Assembly: GCA_963766935.1 (NCBI GenBank)
Contig: CAVYBY010000008.1
Location: forward strand, 158,884-222,883
DNA: 64,000 nt
Direction of reading: 5' to 3'
Source: an uncultured Actinomycetes bacterium
GTDB taxonomy: Bacteria > Actinomycetota > UBA4738 > HRBIN12
The translations under genes and the position numbers were made by a program. Below the pieces are notes generated by a model, which was not told where the DNA came from, made no database searches, and saw nothing but the letters and a program-made list of their open reading frames with translations. Shown here piece after piece: positions 31,119 through 40,200 of this stretch (positions are counted from its first letter, which is position 1; each line of letters opens with the position of its first letter).

Positions 31119-32390
31119 TACAGCGCCGCCGATTCGTCGCCGCTTCCCTGATCCCAACGATGCTCCAGGCGCACGGCGCTGACCATCCACGGCGGCACGA
31201 GGTTCGTCGGCTCCGACCGCCCGGGCAGCTCGATCCTGAAGTTCGCCACCCGTGTCCAATCCGCAGAACTGCTTCGCTGGGATCGTGGATGCACATCCAG
31301 ACCTCGTAGGTCCGGGCGGCGAGGGGCAGGCTCTCGATCCGGCACGAGATGGTGTGGTCCCCAGGCGGGAGGTCGGTGCCGCCCTCGTCCTCGAGCATGG
31401 AGCACACCGCCAGGGCCCCCGGGCGACCGTCGCTGAAGCCCACGGTCACCGCACAGCTCCGGTGGTCCATCGTGGATCGCACGTGAAGTTGGACGATGAG
31501 ACCCTCTCCACGCTCGAAGCGGTAGCGCTCCTGCCCGTCGAGCCCATGGACCGTCGTCTTGCTGACCGCCAGGCCACGTCCAACGACGCCATCGGCGTCC
31601 TGACGGCCGCGCTGGTTGCGCTCGTCGACCCACTCCATGTACTGGGAGAGCACGTCCTGCGTGTCGCCGATGGCGTGGACCCGGCCGTCGAGCAGGAGGA
31701 GGCTGCGCCCGCAGATCGCCTGGATGACGGGGAGATTGTGGGAGACGAACACTAGCGTGCGTCCCTCTCCGACCAGCGTCCTCATTCGAGCCGCGCACTT
31801 GGCCTGGAAGCCGGCGTCACCGACGGCAAGTGCCTCGTCCACGACGAAGATGTCGGGGTTGAGAAACGCGGCGATCGAGAACCCGAGCCGCAGCTGCATT
31901 CCCGACGAGTAGAACTTCACCGGCGTGTCGAGCGCATGGGCAAGCTCGGAGAACTCGACGATCTCATCGAAGCTGCGCGCGGACTTCGGATTGCTTCATG
32001 CCCGAGGATCTGGCCGTAGAGCCAGATGTTCTCGCGCCCGGTGAGCTCCGGGTGCACGCCCGACCCGACCTCCATGAGCGCCGCCACCCGGCCGCGAAGC
32101 CGACGGTTCCCGCGGTGGGGGACGAGATTCGCGAGATGAGCTTGAGCGCCGTGCTCTTCCCCGCGCCGTTCGGACCGATGAGCGCAAAGCTCTCGCCCTC
32201 TTCGACGTCGAAGCTGATGTCGCTTAGGGCCGGCGTACCCTGCTCGTATGCGCCTCGGCCGTGCAGTCGGGCTCGCGTGCGCTTGCCGATCGAGGCCAGG
32301 TCGTGTCGCAGCGATGCGTAGCGCGGACCTCGCTCCGCCCCGCGGGTACTTCTTGCTCACATGCTCGAAGCTGACAGCGGGAGTCGTCAT
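31118..32390 (-). CDS. wzt: Polysaccharide ABC transporter ATP-binding subunit with a C-terminal carbohydrate-binding-like extension; several frameshifts
   Basis: Fragments [57 protein letters not shown]. Confidence 0.85.
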
Positions 32391-33250
32391 TCAGATCACG
32401 TCCGCGAAGTTCGGCTCGAGCCGCTTGAACAGCAGGTACCCGAGCGAGCCGATCACGACGTGCCCAGCAGGCTGATGCCGAGCACGCCATGTCGGGCGCA
32501 ACCCCTCGGGCAAGGACGTTCGAAAAGCCATCCAGGATCCCCGCCGCCGGGTTGATCGCGACGTAGAGCCCTTTCCAACGGTCGGGGACGACCGACAAGG
32601 GGTATGCGACGGGTGAGGCGAAGAGCCACAGTTGGATCCCGAACGGCACCGCGAACCGGAAGTCCCGGTAGTAGACGTTCAGCGCCGCCAAGGGGCAGCG
32701 AGACACTGACGGCCAGCAGCGCGAGCAGCGCGAACAGGATGGGCGTGAGCAGCCACGTCCACATGACATGCGCCCCGATGAGCGGTCCAACGATGAAGAA
32801 CAGCGCAAGCCCGATCGCGAAATCCAGCGAGGAGCTCACGATCGTCGAGAGGACCGGCACCTCGCGGGGGAAGTAGACCCGGCGGATCATGGCCGCGTCG
32901 GTGACAAGCTCGTTCGCGCCGAACGTCACCGAGCCGGAGAGATAGGTCCAGGGAACCAGCGCGGACAGCGAGAACGCCGCGTAGCTGACTCCCCCTCCGG
33001 GAACCTTCGCGAGATGGCCGAGCGTGACTGTGAACACCGCCATGAACAACAGCGGCTGGAGAACCGCCCAAACGACGCCGAGGACGGCCTGCTTGTATTT
33101 CACGCGGATATCTCGCTCGGCAAAGGCCAGCACCGTGCCGCGAAAGGCCCAGATCTCTCGCAGCGCCGCGAGCTTCCTCGCGCGAGCCCCCGCCTCCAGG
33201 ATCAGCTCTCGCTGTCCTGGTCGACGGCTTTCCAACAGCGGCATCGTCAC
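32391..33250 (-). CDS. wzm: Polysaccharide ABC transporter permease; frameshifted 3' part
   Basis: [50 protein letters not shown], terminal NFADVI. Confidence 0.88.
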
Positions 33251-34829
33251 TGGGCTGCCTCCACGAGCTGACCGGACACGTTCTCGAACGATCTGCCGCA
33301 TGTCGCGCACGTGACGGGCCGGTCGCCGTGGGGCAGACGTTCGCCGCACGAGCACATCCACCCCGCTTGGCGCGCGGGCACACCGAGCACGAGGGCGTGA
33401 TCGGGGACGTCGGTCGTCACGACGGAGCCGGCCGCGACGAACGCGTACCGGCCGACCGTGCGGCCGCAGATGACGGTGCTGTTGGCCCCAAGCGTCGCGC
33501 CGCGCCGGATCACGGTGCGCCGGTACTCCGACTTTCGCTCGATCTCGCTTCGAGGGTTCATCACGTTCGTGAAGACGACCGACGGGCCGCAGAACACGTA
33601 GTCCTCCAACTCGACACCGTCGTAGAGCGAGACGTTGTTCTGGACCTTTACTCCGTTGCCGATCCGAACGCCGCCGGCGACGAACGTGTTCTGGCCCAGG
33701 ATGCAGTCCCTGCCGATGCGGGCGCCGCCCATCACGTGGGCGTAGTGCCAGACGCGCGTGCCGGTCCCGATCCGAGCTCCCTCGTCGATCGTTGCCGTCG
33801 CGTCGGCGTAGAAGTTCGGAACCTCTTCGCGTTCGAGCCCGACCGGCGCCCCACCACGGTCGAGCGACAGCTGGCCCGCCGCCAGCACGCGAAGCACATC
33901 GAGACCGCTTCTTCCGTCGGTCAACGGCGCTTCCCTGCTCGCGATCGCCTCGAGGAACGCCTCGCACTCGATCCGCAGCGGCTCACCCGGCTCGATCTGG
34001 ACCGCGGTCGCCTCGGCCTTTCGCGCGATCGGGACCTTTCCCCCCACCCAGTCCACCTCGTTGGGGTACAGGAGAAGCTTCTCCCCCACGGAGCCGTGTC
34101 GTCGAAGACCGCCATCTGCCGGTCTCCGACCGCGACGAACCGCTGCTCCTTGAACGGGTGCAACCAGCTGACGAACACGTGGGCGGGAACCGACTTCGGG
34201 AACTGCAGGCTCATGAGGCTGGCGTCGGCGATACCGTCGCTCAGATAGGCCCCGCCGCGCACGGCTACCTCGTCGGGCATCTCGCCCATCAGACGCAACA
34301 GCAGTGCGACGTCGTGGGGTGCGAAGCTCCAGAGGGCGTTCTCCTCCGTGCGCACCCGGCCGAAGTTGAGCCGGTTCGAGTACAGGTACAGGAGCTTGCC
34401 GAGCGCGCCGGTCTCGATCAGCTCGCGGAGCTTGGTGACCGCCGGGTGGTACTCCAGCACGTGTCCGACCATCAGGACCCGCCCCGTGGCTTCCGCAAGT
34501 TCCACCGCTTTCTCCGCCTCCGAGACGGAGACGGCGAGCGGCTTCTCCACGAGCACGTCCTTGCCGGCATCGAGCGCCGCAAGCGCCAGCTCCGCGTGCA
34601 TCGCGGCCGGCGCGGCGACGACGACCGCCGTGACGTCCCTGTCGGCGAAGACGTCGTACGGGTCGGATGTCCGCCGCACGTCGGGATGGCTCACGGCCAG
34701 CGCGTCCAGCCGGCGCGAGTCGGGGTCGCACACCATCGCGAGTCGGCCGAGACCGCTCCAGACCCGCACGTGGTTCACACCCCAGGCTCCACAGCCGAGC
34801 ACGGCGATCCGGATGTCGTCCTGATTCAT
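33247..34829 (-). CDS. Gfo/Idh/MocA oxidoreductase fused to a hexapeptide N-acetyltransferase (WbpB+WbpD-like); one frameshift near 34085
   Basis: [27 protein letters not shown]; then [37 protein letters not shown]. Confidence 0.85.
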
Positions 34830-35944
34830 CACCATCTGCTCCTCATCCATCGGGCGGGGACTGCGAGTCGCCGCAGGTAGGAAGGACGCCTCCCCGGACT
34901 GGTCCGAGCGGCGAGGAACTTCTCTTCCGGGAACGCCAGCGCGGCGACATAGGCGGCCTTCGAACGCACCCCGGGGACCGCGCGCATCGTCGCGAGCGCC
35001 GTGCCTCCCGCCTTCCGGCGGCTCCCTTCGTATTGCCGGAGCGCCCGGGTCTCGTCTCGCGGGACCGAGCGCGCGATGCGGTCGAGCTCCTTCGGTGGCT
35101 CGAGCCCGAGCTGCTCGGATGCCACGGAGAACGCGCGGCCGAGAACGCCGGTCAGGCGCCAGGCGCGGCACCACTGCTCGAGCGTGTCCCAGTCCACCGC
35201 ACCCGCCCGCGTCACTTGGAGCACGTCGCGAAGTGGCACAAGCCGCGGGGGCCACGACCCCAGGACCGCGTGCATCGCGGTGTTCAGTAAGAGACCCGTG
35301 TCGTCGAGCCGCGCGACCGCGCGCTCCCCGATCTCGAAGGTGGCGGCCGACCGCAGCAGCTCCTCGGGTCGCATCCAAAGGCCGAACGGACCCAGCACCA
35401 GCGTGCGGTGCAGGTCCACCTCGACGCGATCGTCCGGGTGCACATGCACGCTGGCCTTCCCAAAGCGCGCATCGAATCCGGGGCGGGGCTCGGGCTGGCT
35501 TCGGACGTGCCCCAGCCGCTGGAGCAGCTCGCACGCCCGGTCGTAGTCGGCGGTCGCAACCAGCAGGTCCAGGTCCCCGAACGAGCGCAGGCTCGGGTCC
35601 GGATACACCGTGCGCGCGACCGACGCCCCCTTGAGCACGGCGAACCGAACGCCGGCGGCGTCGAGCTCATCGGCCAGGGCCAGCTGCTTCTTCTCGATCC
35701 GCAGGCACCACACCATCGACTCGAGATGCGCCGAGCGGAGCGATTCGAATGACGGCTCGTCGAGCCGAAGCCATCCCGCGGCCGCACTCTCGAGCGCCAG
35801 GCCGCTCAATCGCTCGAACTCGATCCCCGCGAACAACCGCTGCCGCTGGATCTCCGTCGGAGCGAAGAGCTCCGGCTCGCGGCGAGCCGGGAGCCCAAAC
35901 GCCGCGATCGAGCGGAGCGCAGCGGTGACCGCCGCGTCAGACAT
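34829..35944 (-). CDS. Nucleotidyltransferase family protein (NTP_transf_5 type, RiPP/EPS-associated)
   Basis: [36 protein letters not shown]. Confidence 0.85.
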   Translation of the reverse strand: MSDAAVTAALRSIAAFGLPARREPELFAPTEIQRQRLFAGIEFERLSGLALESAAAGWLRLDEPSFESLRSAHLESMVWCLRIEKKQLALADELDAAGVRFAVLKGASVARTVYPDPSLRSFGDLDLLVATADYDRACELLQRLGHVRSQPEPRPGFDARFGKASVHVHPDDRVEVDLHRTLVLGPFGLWMRPEELLRSAATFEIGERAVARLDDTGLLLNTAMHAVLGSWPPRLVPLRDVLQVTRAGAVDWDTLEQWCRAWRLTGVLGRAFSVASEQLGLEPPKELDRIARSVPRDETRALRQYEGSRRKAGGTALATMRAVPGVRSKAAYVAALAFPEEKFLAARTSPGRRPSYLRRLAVPARWMRSRW

Positions 35945-36230
35945 CGGCGCCCGCGACCTCCTCGACGAGCCCGAGCGCCAGCAACTCGTCCACGCACGCC
36001 GCCACCTGCGCTTGCAGGTCCGCGCGCGCGACGCCGTACCGGTCCGCAAGCAGCTCGACCAGCCGCTCGGGGCGCTCCGGAACCACCAGCTCGCGCCATA
36101 CCTCGGCCGCGCCCCCGGTCAGCCGGTGGACGTTCTCGTCCGACGACGTCGTTGCCACGATCTCGTCGTGGGCGCGCCGCCAGATCGCGCGATGCGATCG
36201 CCGCACGAGGACCTCCGGCCCGCCGATCAC
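35937..36230 (-). CDS. PqqD family protein (RRE)
   Basis: 97 aa; HRLTGGAAEVWREL...LVELLADRYGV...VAACVDELLALGLV; overlaps both neighbours. Confidence 0.8.
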   Translation of the reverse strand: MIGGPEVLVRRSHRAIWRRAHDEIVATTSSDENVHRLTGGAAEVWRELVVPERPERLVELLADRYGVARADLQAQVAACVDELLALGLVEEVAGADV

Positions 36231-37534
36231 AGCGTCACCACCGTCGGTCCACGGCTCGGTCCGAACGCATTCCTCGCGTCGAACACCAGCTTCGCGTGCT
36301 CGGCCACCCACTCGAGGTCGTATGCCGTGTGCGGCGTCAGCAAGGCGACGAGGTCCGCGCGAGAGATGGCGAGATTCGTCAGCTCCGTCCGCCACAGCGA
36401 GGCTCCGTTGACCGAGACTTCCTCGACATAGGGGTCGTGGAAGGTCATGCGAGCCCCGCGTTTGGCGAGCTGCTGGATGATCCTGAGCGATGGGGACTCG
36501 CGCACATCCCCCACGTCGGGCTTGTACGCGACGCCGAGCACGAGGATCGACGCCTCCTTCACGGCCTTGCCCGCGTCGTTCAACGCCTCGGCAATCCGCC
36601 CCGCGACCCAGGCCGGCATCTGGGCGTTGATGTCCTCCGCCTCCTCGAGCACCCGGAACTGGTGCCCGACGTCGCGCCGCACCTGCCAGGCGAGATAGGT
36701 CGGATCGAGCGGGATGCAATGGCCGCCCACGCCGGGACCCGGGTAGAAGGGCATGAAGCCGAACGGCTTGGTCGCCGCGGCGGCGATGACCTCCCAGACG
36801 TCGATCTCGACCTCGTGGCAGAGCATCGCCATCTCGTTCGCGAGCGCGATGTTCACGTGCCGAAAGGTGTTCTCGAGCAGCTTCGCCAGCTCCGCGGCCC
36901 GGCATGAAGAGACCGCCATGACCTTGTCCACGAGCTGCTCGTAGAACAGGGCCGCCACACCGGTGGACTCAGCATTGACCCCCCCGACCACGCGCGGCAC
37001 GTCCCTGAACGAGAACTCCCCGCTGCCCGGATCGATGCGCTCGGGCGAGTAGGCGAGCAGGAACTCCTTGCCGGCGACGAGACCCGACGCCTCGAGGAGC
37101 GGCTTCACGCGTTGGTCGGTCGTCCCCGGGTACGTCGTAGATTCCAACACGACCAACGAGCCCGGCCCGAGACATGCCGCGACCTCGCGGCAGGCACCGT
37201 CGATGAACGACAGGTCGGGTGTGCCGTCGAGGAGCGGCGTCGGCACACAGACGAACACCAGGTGGCTGTCGCGCACGGCCTCCACCGACGAGCTGAAGTC
37301 GAGCCGGCCGGTCGCGAAGGCGGAGCGCCAGATCGCGTCGTCGACACCCGCCACCACCGACCGGCCCTCCGAGAGTCCGGCGACCCGGCCTGCATCCACG
37401 TCGATGCCGGTGACGCGATACCCGGCCTCCGCGGCCGCGCAGGCGAGCGACAGTCCGACGTAGCCCTGCCCGACGACGGCGACGTGGGCCGAGCGGTTGA
37501 GGATGCGGCGACGCAGATCAGCGGTTGCCCGCAT
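36227..37534 (-). CDS. UDP-N-acetylhexosamine 6-dehydrogenase (WbpA/WecC family)
   Basis: GQGYVGL, CVPTP, ESTTYPGTT, SPERIDPG, KLLENTFR, GPGVGGHCIPLDP, GVAYKPDVGDVRESP. Confidence 0.92.
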   Translation of the reverse strand: MRATADLRRRILNRSAHVAVVGQGYVGLSLACAAAEAGYRVTGIDVDAGRVAGLSEGRSVVAGVDDAIWRSAFATGRLDFSSSVEAVRDSHLVFVCVPTPLLDGTPDLSFIDGACREVAACLGPGSLVVLESTTYPGTTDQRVKPLLEASGLVAGKEFLLAYSPERIDPGSGEFSFRDVPRVVGGVNAESTGVAALFYEQLVDKVMAVSSCRAAELAKLLENTFRHVNIALANEMAMLCHEVEIDVWEVIAAAATKPFGFMPFYPGPGVGGHCIPLDPTYLAWQVRRDVGHQFRVLEEAEDINAQMPAWVAGRIAEALNDAGKAVKEASILVLGVAYKPDVGDVRESPSLRIIQQLAKRGARMTFHDPYVEEVSVNGASLWRTELTNLAISRADLVALLTPHTAYDLEWVAEHAKLVFDARNAFGPSRGPTVVTL

Positions 37535-37582
37535 GGGGGTTGCCTCCTTGTCGGCGGAAGGCGAAGCGATCTCGCAAGGACC

Positions 37583-37942
37583 TCAGGCTGGGATCCGCTG
37601 TGCGGTCGACGGCTCACCAAGCTCGGCGATCTTTCGGATGGCGGCCGCCCGCCGCCGGAAACACTGACGTCTGCTGATCGAAAGCTCCCGCGCGATCTCG
37701 TTCGCCGGGAGCTGACGCACGTACCAAAGGTGCAGCAGGCGACGATCGCGTTCGCCGATCAGTTGCATCCGCCGGCAGAGCTCGGTGCGCTCAGCCAGGG
37801 TGTCGAGCAACCCACCGCGGATGCCGTCAGTGGCCGTGTTGCCCCGCCGCTGCCCAACCTTGTAGAGCGAGGACGTGACGGGCTGCCACCAGTCCGTGTA
37901 CGTGATCAACGCCCAGACGACCCGCTCAGGCGTGGAGAGCAC
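37583..37942 (-). CDS. Small protein with a C-terminal sigma-70 region-4-like HTH (RinA/ArpU/antiterminator-Q-like)
   Basis: RDRRLLHLWYVRQLPANEIARELSISRRQCFRRRAAAIRKI; RBS GGAGG upstream. Confidence 0.65.
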   Translation of the reverse strand: MLSTPERVVWALITYTDWWQPVTSSLYKVGQRRGNTATDGIRGGLLDTLAERTELCRRMQLIGERDRRLLHLWYVRQLPANEIARELSISRRQCFRRRAAAIRKIAELGEPSTAQRIPA

Positions 37943-38008
37943 ACAAACCTCCGGAAGTTAGACCGTAGCGCCCCTGCCGGTGACGCGGAAGACGGGGAAG
38001 ACCCTTAC

Positions 38009-39658
38009 TCACTGGGAGATCCACATGTCGATTCCCGGATCCGGCGGCGGCTCCGTCGTCGGAGGATCGTCGGACCGGGGCTCCTGCGGTGGCGACTTCC
38101 TGGGCCGCCGCGGCGCGCGGTAGGTCCGCCGGTGCGACCACGAGATCGAGCCTCCGCCCGAGTCGTTGAGGACCACCCCGACCACCTTCGCGCCCAGACG
38201 ATCGAGCAAGCTGGAGATGCTTCCGGCGAGCGCGATGCTGGTCTTGCCGGCCCGCGCCACGAGCACCACGGCGTCGACGTGAGGCGCCAGCGGGACGACG
38301 TCGTTCGCCACCATCAAGGGAGCGCCGTCGAGAATGACGACGTCCGCGACCTCCTTCGCTCGCTGCACGAAGCGCTGCATCTTGATGGATCCCAGAAGCT
38401 CGGCCGGGCGCTCGGGCCGGGCGCCGCTGGCGAGCACGGTCACCCGGTCCACCGACGGCTGTCCGAGGTAAGGGCGAAGATCGAGCGGAGCGCCATGCGT
38501 GAGCTCGCCGTTCATCGCCCCGAGCGCTTCCACGAGACCCGGGCTCGCGGGAACGCCGAACACCTTGTGGATCGCCGGGTGCCGCAGGTCGCACGAGAGC
38601 ACCAGCACGCGGTTCCCGACCTCGGCGTAGGCGGCCGCGAGGTTCGCCGCCACCGTCGTCTTGCCGTCCTTGGGCTCGGCGCTGGTGACGAGGATGGTCC
38701 TCGGCGAGGACGGCTGCTGCAGCGGCTTGCCGTTCCCGTTCGGGTGCCGGGACGGTCCGGGAACCCAGCGCGAGACCTCCGCCCCCAGAAGCCGGAAGAC
38801 GTCGGCCGCGCGCGAGACCGGATGCGACGCCGTGACGACACCCCGCCGGCGGCGCCTCGAGATGACCGGCACCTCGATGAGAACCGGCAGACCGAAGGCC
38901 TCCTCGGCCGCCTCGCGGGTTCGGATCTTCGTGTCGAATCGCTCGAGGACCAGAGCCAGCCCGATCCCCGCGGCGAGTCCGACGAGCGCCGCGAGGGGGA
39001 CCCGCGAGAGCGGGCTCGCCGGCGATTCGGCCGCGGTGGCCGAGACTAGCTCGGCTTTGGTGGCGGGCTGCAACACGCCCAGCGTGACGGGGGTGATCCG
39101 GGCGATCGAAAGCTGGGTCAGGGCGTCTTCCAGCGGCTGGATCATGAGCGGCCCCGCGCCGCGGCCGCGAAGCACCTTGATCTGCTTCTGCAGGAACGCC
39201 TGCTTTTCGTCGATCCGGCGGATCTTGAGGTGCCCCAAGTAGGTGACGAGCGCATTCGAGAAAGCGCCGGAGATGCTCCGCGCCTCTTCCGGTGCCTCGG
39301 CGAACCCCGTAACGGTCACGAAGCCGCTTCCGGTGTCGGCCGTCGCCTCGACCTGTGAGCTGAGCGTCAGCGGATCGCCCTCGAAGTGCATCCGCTTGCC
39401 CGCGATCTGGGCGACATCAGGAAGGCTCAGGACGCTCGCGATCGTCGCGACGGTCATGCTCGGACTTGCCGAGTCCGAGGTGATCGCGTCGGGGCTCCAC
39501 AGCACGGTGGCCGCCGCGTAGGTGGCCTCCGTCGGAGTGGCGGGCGGCGGCGCCACGGCCTCGCCGGTCGCCCACGCCGCGGTCCCCGCGACGACGACGG
39601 CCGCTGCGACAACCCACCAGCGCCGACGGAGGGCTCTCAGATACTGGATCGGCTCCAT
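38009..39658 (-). CDS. Polysaccharide co-polymerase / BY-kinase-like protein (Wzc, CpsC+CpsD)
   Basis: YLRALRRRWWVV N-terminal TM, second TM then ERFDTKIR, TSAEPKDGKTT, CDLRHP, VVILDGAP, GVVLN. Confidence 0.85.
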   Translation of the reverse strand: MEPIQYLRALRRRWWVVAAAVVVAGTAAWATGEAVAPPPATPTEATYAAATVLWSPDAITSDSASPSMTVATIASVLSLPDVAQIAGKRMHFEGDPLTLSSQVEATADTGSGFVTVTGFAEAPEEARSISGAFSNALVTYLGHLKIRRIDEKQAFLQKQIKVLRGRGAGPLMIQPLEDALTQLSIARITPVTLGVLQPATKAELVSATAAESPASPLSRVPLAALVGLAAGIGLALVLERFDTKIRTREAAEEAFGLPVLIEVPVISRRRRRGVVTASHPVSRAADVFRLLGAEVSRWVPGPSRHPNGNGKPLQQPSSPRTILVTSAEPKDGKTTVAANLAAAYAEVGNRVLVLSCDLRHPAIHKVFGVPASPGLVEALGAMNGELTHGAPLDLRPYLGQPSVDRVTVLASGARPERPAELLGSIKMQRFVQRAKEVADVVILDGAPLMVANDVVPLAPHVDAVVLVARAGKTSIALAGSISSLLDRLGAKVVGVVLNDSGGGSISWSHRRTYRAPRRPRKSPPQEPRSDDPPTTEPPPDPGIDMWISQ

Positions 39659-40200
39659 CGGCCCGTCCCTCCTTCCGCCAAGGCGGCGACGGCGGCCGCC
39701 TGGTTCGGGACGCCCAGCCGCCTGAAGGCTCGGGTCTTGTGCTGCTCGACCGTCTTGGGGCTGATCCCGAGCACTCGCGCCATCTGCTTGCAGGCCAGCC
39801 CCTTGGCGGCAAGCCGGAGGATCTGCTCCTCGCGCCGGGTGAGACCTTCGGTCCCAGACGGCGGCGGCGCGCCCCCCGGCACGAGCGCCGATGCCAGGTG
39901 TGAGACGTCCTCGTCGACCGCCACGGTGATCCCCTGTTCGTCGTCGCCGTCCTCGGGCGCCGCCGACGCGATCACGACCACCCGGAGTCCCCGTTTCCGC
40001 AAGCGGCCGATGACGCCGGGCGCGCCCGGGATCCGGGCGTCGATCGCGACCACGTCTGCCTGGCGGGCCCACTCCTCGACCTCGGCGGCGCTCGTCGTGA
40101 CGCCGACCGGCACCAGTGCGGGATACCTCGCGAGCGCCGCCGCGATGCCCTCGGCGGCCAGGGTCTCGCGGTGCGCCACCACCACCGCTCGGACGCTCAT
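39637..40200 (-). CDS. LuxR-family regulator with a degenerate receiver domain
   Basis: LTRREEQILRLAAKGLACKQMARVLGISPKTVEQHK; receiver lacks the first acidic pair (VVVAHRE). Confidence 0.8.
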   Translation of the reverse strand: MSVRAVVVAHRETLAAEGIAAALARYPALVPVGVTTSAAEVEEWARQADVVAIDARIPGAPGVIGRLRKRGLRVVVIASAAPEDGDDEQGITVAVDEDVSHLASALVPGGAPPPSGTEGLTRREEQILRLAAKGLACKQMARVLGISPKTVEQHKTRAFRRLGVPNQAAAVAALAEGGTGRWSRSSI

